Shown: piece after piece, positions 59,245-64,000 of the stretch
Position numbering within the stretch: position 1 is the stretch's first letter
Layout of the letters: each line of letters opens with the position of its first letter
Assembly (NCBI GenBank): GCA_944368975.1
Contig: CALVXI010000005.1
Coordinates: forward strand, 20,967-84,966
Origin: an uncultured Bacilli bacterium
GTDB taxonomy: Bacteria; Bacillota_I; Bacilli_A; RFN20; CAG-826
Length of the DNA stretch: 64,000 nt
Direction: 5' to 3'
Notes under the pieces: generated by a model
What the model was told of the DNA's origin: nothing
The model's input: only the letters and a program-made list of their open reading frames with translations
Database searches by the model: none
Program-made: the position numbers and the translations under genes

Positions 59245-60756
59245 ATGAAAATAGTAGTAATTCCTTTAGATGAAAGACCATGTAATTATAATTATTTACT
59301 TGAATTACCTTTACCAAGTGAAGTTACACTTGTTTTACCTCCAAAAGAAATTTTAAGCAACAAGAAAACTGTTAAAGATTTAGATAAAATAAGTGAATGG
59401 TTAGTAAATGAATCAATTGATGCAGATTACTTAGTATTATCTTTTGATACGCTTTTATATGGAGGAATTATTCCTAGTAGAATTCATCATAAAAATATTG
59501 ATGAGATTATTAGACGTAGTGAAATTCTTAAAGATATAAAAAATAAAAATCCAAATATTAAAATTTTTGCTAATGAATTAATAATGAGATGCCCTGCTTA
59601 TAATTGTGCTGATGAGGAACCTGAATATTTTGATTATTGTGGTTATGATATTTTTAGATATGGTGAATTAATTGATATTAGAAGTCAAAGACAATTAACC
59701 GATGAAGAAAAAATAGAGTTAGAAAAACGTAAAAATAATATAAAAGAGGCCGATTTAGAAGACTTTTTGAATAGAAGAAAAATAAATTTAGATGGTTTAC
59801 TTCATAATTTAGAGCTTGTAAAAGATAATGTAATTGATTTTTTTGTTATTCCACAAGATGATTGTAGTGAATATGGTTTTACTTCAATTGATATTCGTAA
59901 GGTTAAAAAATATGTTAACGATAATGATTTAGAGGAAAATGTCGTTATGTATCCTGGGGCAGATGAAATTGGACTAACTTTAATTAGTAGATGTTTAAAT
60001 GATTACTATAAATATGAACCTAAAATTTATGTATTTTATAGTTCAACTACTGGGCGTAATGCTATTCCAATGTTTGAAGATCGTCCTATAAATGAAACTA
60101 TTAAATATCATATTTATGCGGTTAAAGGTATTAAAGTTAGTAGCATTATTGAAGCAGATATTTGTTTAGGTGTTAATAATGGAAGTGAGTTTTTAGATAA
60201 AGGAAATAAAAGAGTATCGATAGTTTATGGTAAAAATCGTAATATTCACTCATTTATTGATACTTTAAATTATTCATTAAGTTTAAATAAAATTAGTGGT
60301 ATAGCTGATGTTGCTTATTGTAATGAAGCGGATAAAGAATTAATAAATTATTTAAAGAAAAAGAAATTATTATTTAAAATAGATGCTTATGCTGGATGGA
60401 ATACATCAAGTAATACTTTAGGTACAACTTTAGCAAATTTAATTAGTTATTATTACTCTAAAAACGAGTTAAAGAAAAATAAATCTATATTAAATCGTTA
60501 TATCGAAGATTACATTTATATGGGTATTGTTAGGCAAAAGATAATCAATATCATTAATGAAAAATGCGATCCAAATGTAACTAAATTTAATTTAGGAAAT
60601 AAAAAAGAAGAATATGAAGGCATAGCTAAAAAATTGATCTTAGAAGAAACTAAAAATTTTTCTAGTGATTTATTTTCTTATATAAAAGATATTGATGTAA
60701 ATTTTATTTGGAATAGAACTTTTGAAATTGAACTTAAATTAAAGGATAATTTTTAA
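59245..60756 (+). CDS. DUF4127-family protein (function unknown)
   Basis: The N-terminus MKIVVIPLDERPCNYNY matches my recollection of the DUF4127 signature (PLDxRPxN). 503 aa. Confidence 0.6.
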   Translation: MKIVVIPLDERPCNYNYLLELPLPSEVTLVLPPKEILSNKKTVKDLDKISEWLVNESIDADYLVLSFDTLLYGGIIPSRIHHKNIDEIIRRSEILKDIKNKNPNIKIFANELIMRCPAYNCADEEPEYFDYCGYDIFRYGELIDIRSQRQLTDEEKIELEKRKNNIKEADLEDFLNRRKINLDGLLHNLELVKDNVIDFFVIPQDDCSEYGFTSIDIRKVKKYVNDNDLEENVVMYPGADEIGLTLISRCLNDYYKYEPKIYVFYSSTTGRNAIPMFEDRPINETIKYHIYAVKGIKVSSIIEADICLGVNNGSEFLDKGNKRVSIVYGKNRNIHSFIDTLNYSLSLNKISGIADVAYCNEADKELINYLKKKKLLFKIDAYAGWNTSSNTLGTTLANLISYYYSKNELKKNKSILNRYIEDYIYMGIVRQKIINIINEKCDPNVTKFNLGNKKEEYEGIAKKLILEETKNFSSDLFSYIKDIDVNFIWNRTFEIELKLKDNF

Positions 60757-60758
60757 TT

Positions 60759-61613
60759 ATGACTATATTATCTATTGATATAGGTGGTACTAATATTAAA
60801 AGTGGTGTTTTTGTTAATAATGAATTAACAAAAACTTTTAAAACTAAAACCAATGGAAAATTAGGATTAGATTTTATTAAAGATGGAATAGATGAAGTTT
60901 ATAAATATTTTAAAAATGATTATAAAATTGAGATAATTACTATATCAACTGCTGGCGATATCGATTACAAAAATGGAAAATGCGTATATGCTAGTGATAA
61001 TTTAAAAGGTTTTACTGGTTTTAATATTAAGAAATATATTGAAGAAAAATATCTTACTAAATGTTTAGTTAATAATGATGCAGTATGCCATCTTTTAGGA
61101 ATTTTAAATGAAGAAAATATTAATAAAAATATTTTTATGATAACTTTAGGGACGGGAGTTGGAGCGGTTTTATATAAAGATCATGAAATATATTATGGTA
61201 ATAATTTTGATTTAGGAAGATTCGCTCATTATGAATTAGTAAAAAATGGATTAAGATGTGATTGTGGTAAAAAAGGGTGCGCTGAAAAAGAATTATCAAT
61301 ATCTTATTTAGATAAAGCAATTTTTGAAAAATATCATTATGAAATGAGTGTTAAAAATTTATTTAGTTTATATAAAGAAAACGATAAAAGAGCGATAGAA
61401 ATTTTAAATATTTATTTTGCTAAATTAAATAAATATTTAAAATTTATTGAATCATTAGGGGTAGATTTAATTTATATCTCAGGTGGTATTGCTAGTAGTA
61501 AAGATGTATTTATGGATTATATAAAACTTGATAAAGTTAAATATATTAATGAAAATGAATTTTTAGGAATTTATGGAGCAAAAAAATTAATAGAGTTTTA
61601 TGGTCAATATTAA
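60759..61613 (+). CDS. ROK-family sugar kinase
   Basis: ATP-binding SIDIGGTNIKSG. ROK zinc motif CDCGKKGCAE. GTGVGA loop. Confidence 0.88.
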   Translation: MTILSIDIGGTNIKSGVFVNNELTKTFKTKTNGKLGLDFIKDGIDEVYKYFKNDYKIEIITISTAGDIDYKNGKCVYASDNLKGFTGFNIKKYIEEKYLTKCLVNNDAVCHLLGILNEENINKNIFMITLGTGVGAVLYKDHEIYYGNNFDLGRFAHYELVKNGLRCDCGKKGCAEKELSISYLDKAIFEKYHYEMSVKNLFSLYKENDKRAIEILNIYFAKLNKYLKFIESLGVDLIYISGGIASSKDVFMDYIKLDKVKYINENEFLGIYGAKKLIEFYGQY

Positions 61614-63432
61614 TTGGTGTTTAAAAGAATTAGAAAAAGAATTTGAGTTTTGCAGGGTTTTTAATAAATTAAATATTAAATTCGAGGCTTTTTTAAGTGA
61701 AGAAAATAGTATTAATTTTAATCTAAATGAGAATAAAATTATTATTTATTACACTAATGAAGTGAATATTTTTAGACTCATTTTTAGTTTAAGTAATTTT
61801 AATTTTGATAGAGATTATGAATTAAAACTAATAAATAAATTTAAGGATTTAAGTGTATTAATTGATGTTGCAAGAAATAATGTTTTAAGAGTTAAAACTT
61901 TTAAAAAATTAATCTTATATTTAGCTTTACTTGGGTATAGCTCTATTAGGTTATATTTAGAAGATCTTTATGAAATTCCTTCTGAACCTTATTTTGGTTA
62001 TTTTCGAGGTCGATATAATAAAGAAGAAATAAATGAAATTGTAGCCTATGCTAATTCATTTGGAATTAAAGTTATCCCTTGTATTCAAACTTTAGCGCAC
62101 TTAAAAAGATTAAAAAGATGGATAATGTATCGCGATTTATTTGATATAGATGATATTTTACTTACTGATAACCCTAAGACATATAATTTAATTGAAAAGA
62201 TGATTAAAACAGCGAAAGAATATTTTAATACTGATGTAATTAATATTGGAATGGATGAAGCTATTAATTTAGGAAGAGGGAGATATCTTGATAATCATCC
62301 TTATACTAATCGTTTCGAGATATTTAAAAATCATTTAAATAAGGTTTTAGATATAATTAATAAATATAATTTAAAAGCTGAAATTTGGGGAGATATGTTC
62401 TTTAATAATAAAGAATATGCTTATGAAGATACTTCAAATGTTAATACTATTCAAAATATCGATAAAAATTTAAGTTTAATTTATTGGGATTATAATGATA
62501 AACCAATCGAAGAATATCAAAAAATTATTTCGATGCATAAAACTGTTAGTAAGAATATTTTAGTTGCAGGAGGAAGTTGGAAATGGCTTGGATTTTCTCC
62601 TAATAATATGTATGCGATAAATCATAACAAAAAACTTATGGAAGCAAGCATAAAAGAAAATATTAGTAGTTATATTCTTACTTGTTGGGGTGATAATGGG
62701 GGTGAAACTTCTATTTTTATGGTTTTACCAACTTTATTTAAAGTTAGTAATTATAATTTTGAAGTAAATGATGATTTATTATTTAATAAATTAACTGACA
62801 ATATTTCTATCGATGAATTTTTAAGTGTTGATTATCTAAATAAGGTCTCTTTTGATTATTCTGATTATACGTTAAATTCTTTAAATAGAATCTATTTATA
62901 TAATGATATTTTATTAGGAACTTATGATAGCTTAATTAATGATATCCAAGATAAAGTTTATCTTGATGTATATAAAAAATTAAAGAAATATTCCGATAAT
63001 TCAAAATTTGGTTATTTATTTGATTCTTTAAGTAAATTAAGTAGAGTATTAAGTTTAAAAACTAATATTGCTAAAAGAATAAGAAGAGCCTATAAGGAAA
63101 ATGATTTAACCGAATTAAAAAAACTAGTTAATGACTTAAAAAGATTAAAAAGATATTTATCAACATTTTATAAAAGTTTTTATAAAATGTGGCATTATGA
63201 GAGCAAAGATTTTGGATTTGATGTTTGTGATCTTAGAATTGGAGGAGTTGAAAAAAGAGTTGAAGTTGCAATTAATAAGTTAAATAAATATTTATTAGAC
63301 AAAAATAATATTATTGATGAATTAAGCGAAGATAATTTAGATTTTTATGGGAATAATAAGGATTTCTATAAACCAAACGATATTGTTGATCCGTATTATT
63401 CAAAAATGTCGACAGTAAATGTAAATGATTAG
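61600..63432 (+). CDS. Glycoside hydrolase family 20 (beta-N-acetylhexosaminidase-like), cytoplasmic
   Basis: DVARN, LYLED, IQTLAHL and the catalytic-pair context INIGMDEA (GH20 D-E). No signal peptide. Overlaps the ROK gene by 14 nt. Confidence 0.7.
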   Translation: MVNINWCLKELEKEFEFCRVFNKLNIKFEAFLSEENSINFNLNENKIIIYYTNEVNIFRLIFSLSNFNFDRDYELKLINKFKDLSVLIDVARNNVLRVKTFKKLILYLALLGYSSIRLYLEDLYEIPSEPYFGYFRGRYNKEEINEIVAYANSFGIKVIPCIQTLAHLKRLKRWIMYRDLFDIDDILLTDNPKTYNLIEKMIKTAKEYFNTDVINIGMDEAINLGRGRYLDNHPYTNRFEIFKNHLNKVLDIINKYNLKAEIWGDMFFNNKEYAYEDTSNVNTIQNIDKNLSLIYWDYNDKPIEEYQKIISMHKTVSKNILVAGGSWKWLGFSPNNMYAINHNKKLMEASIKENISSYILTCWGDNGGETSIFMVLPTLFKVSNYNFEVNDDLLFNKLTDNISIDEFLSVDYLNKVSFDYSDYTLNSLNRIYLYNDILLGTYDSLINDIQDKVYLDVYKKLKKYSDNSKFGYLFDSLSKLSRVLSLKTNIAKRIRRAYKENDLTELKKLVNDLKRLKRYLSTFYKSFYKMWHYESKDFGFDVCDLRIGGVEKRVEVAINKLNKYLLDKNNIIDELSEDNLDFYGNNKDFYKPNDIVDPYYSKMSTVNVND

Positions 63433-63440
63433 GAGAGATT

Positions 63441-64000
63441 ATGGAATATTTAGTTAAGAAAAATATTGTTACAATTAAAAATAGTGAAGAAAAGTTTTTA
63501 AACTTTGAATTTTTATTAAATGATACTATTCGTATTTATACTAAGAAAAATAAGACTGATTTAATTGAATTAAATCTTTTTAAAACTAGAAAGAAATTCG
63601 AAATCAAAGAAGACAATGGAAATATTGTTATAAACTACTTAAATTATACTTTTAAAATTAATGATAAATTAGGTTTTAATTTATATATTAATAATAAGTT
63701 TATTACAACATATTCATTTAATATATATTTTGATGATTATGAAAAGAAAAACTATTTTAATACAACTTTAAATATTAATAATAAAACTGACTATATTTTT
63801 GGACTTGGAGATAAGATGTCTTATCTTGATAAAAAAGGATATTTTTATGCTAGTTATAATACCGATGATCCATCTCACCAAGATGAATTATTTCCTAGTT
63901 TATATAAAAGTTTAAATTATCTTTTACTTAATATAAGCGATAATTTTTTGGGACTATATTTTCCATCAACTTATCGTTATACATATGATTTAGGTAAAAC
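63441..64000 (+). CDS. Glycoside hydrolase family 31 (alpha-glucosidase/xylosidase-like), N-terminal part; continues beyond window
   Basis: AGGAGAG RBS. FGLGDKMSYLDKKGYFYASYNTDDPSHQDELFPSLYKSLNY matches the GH31 N-domain pattern (GLGE..g.L.k.G....WN.D...). Confidence 0.65.
   Translation, partial: MEYLVKKNIVTIKNSEEKFLNFEFLLNDTIRIYTKKNKTDLIELNLFKTRKKFEIKEDNGNIVINYLNYTFKINDKLGFNLYINNKFITTYSFNIYFDDYEKKNYFNTTLNINNKTDYIFGLGDKMSYLDKKGYFYASYNTDDPSHQDELFPSLYKSLNYLLLNISDNFLGLYFPSTYRYTYDLGK

Overview
AT-rich window from a low-GC Bacillota/Mycoplasmatota-type genome (Acholeplasma- or Erysipelotrichia-like). It uses the standard genetic code, because all conserved genes read through without in-frame TGA. 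Many predicted products are lipoproteins with L-x-S/G-C lipoboxes. Layout: (1) 1-13.9 kb holds the end of the S10 operon plus complete spc and alpha ribosomal operons (rplC to rplQ, with secY-adk-map-infA-rpmJ). There is no rpmD, and several ribosomal proteins carry K/E-rich extensions. (2) 14.1-22.8 kb is an accessory island directly after the rplQ terminator. It has two large orphan surface proteins followed by a gap-free four-gene operon: a transmembrane McrB-family NTPase, a zinc-ribbon partner in the McrC position, an AAA_21-type ATPase and an RloB-like protein. This operon is the best candidate for an undescribed defence system. (3) 22.8-29.9 kb holds pstSCAB-phoU plus an OmpR-type regulator and a histidine kinase, with Pho-box-like hexamer arrays. 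(4) 30.5-32.5 kb holds a CIRCE-like element and groES-groEL. (5) 32.5-37.6 kb is a decaying accessory patch: AbiEi with operator repeats, a frameshifted AbiEii, rdgB, an AAA ATPase fragment, a MerR gene with a nonsense codon, and a Fic protein with His-to-Arg in the catalytic motif. (6) 37.6-40.4 kb holds a lysine (L-box) riboswitch in front of an amino-acid ABC transporter whose binding domain appears circularly permuted. (7) 40.5-64 kb is a large surface-protein and carbohydrate locus. It encodes SIS, AraC, two SGNH esterases, two GDPD phosphodiesterases, a phosphodiester glycosidase, three paralogous orphan lipoproteins (one with a G9 tract and a perfect cre site), a CUT1 sugar ABC importer, DUF4127, a ROK kinase, GH20 and GH31. 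I interpret it as a phosphoglycan/teichoic-acid scavenging locus. No rRNA, tRNA, CRISPR array, transposase or integrase was recognised. All family assignments come from motif recognition by eye; no searches were run.
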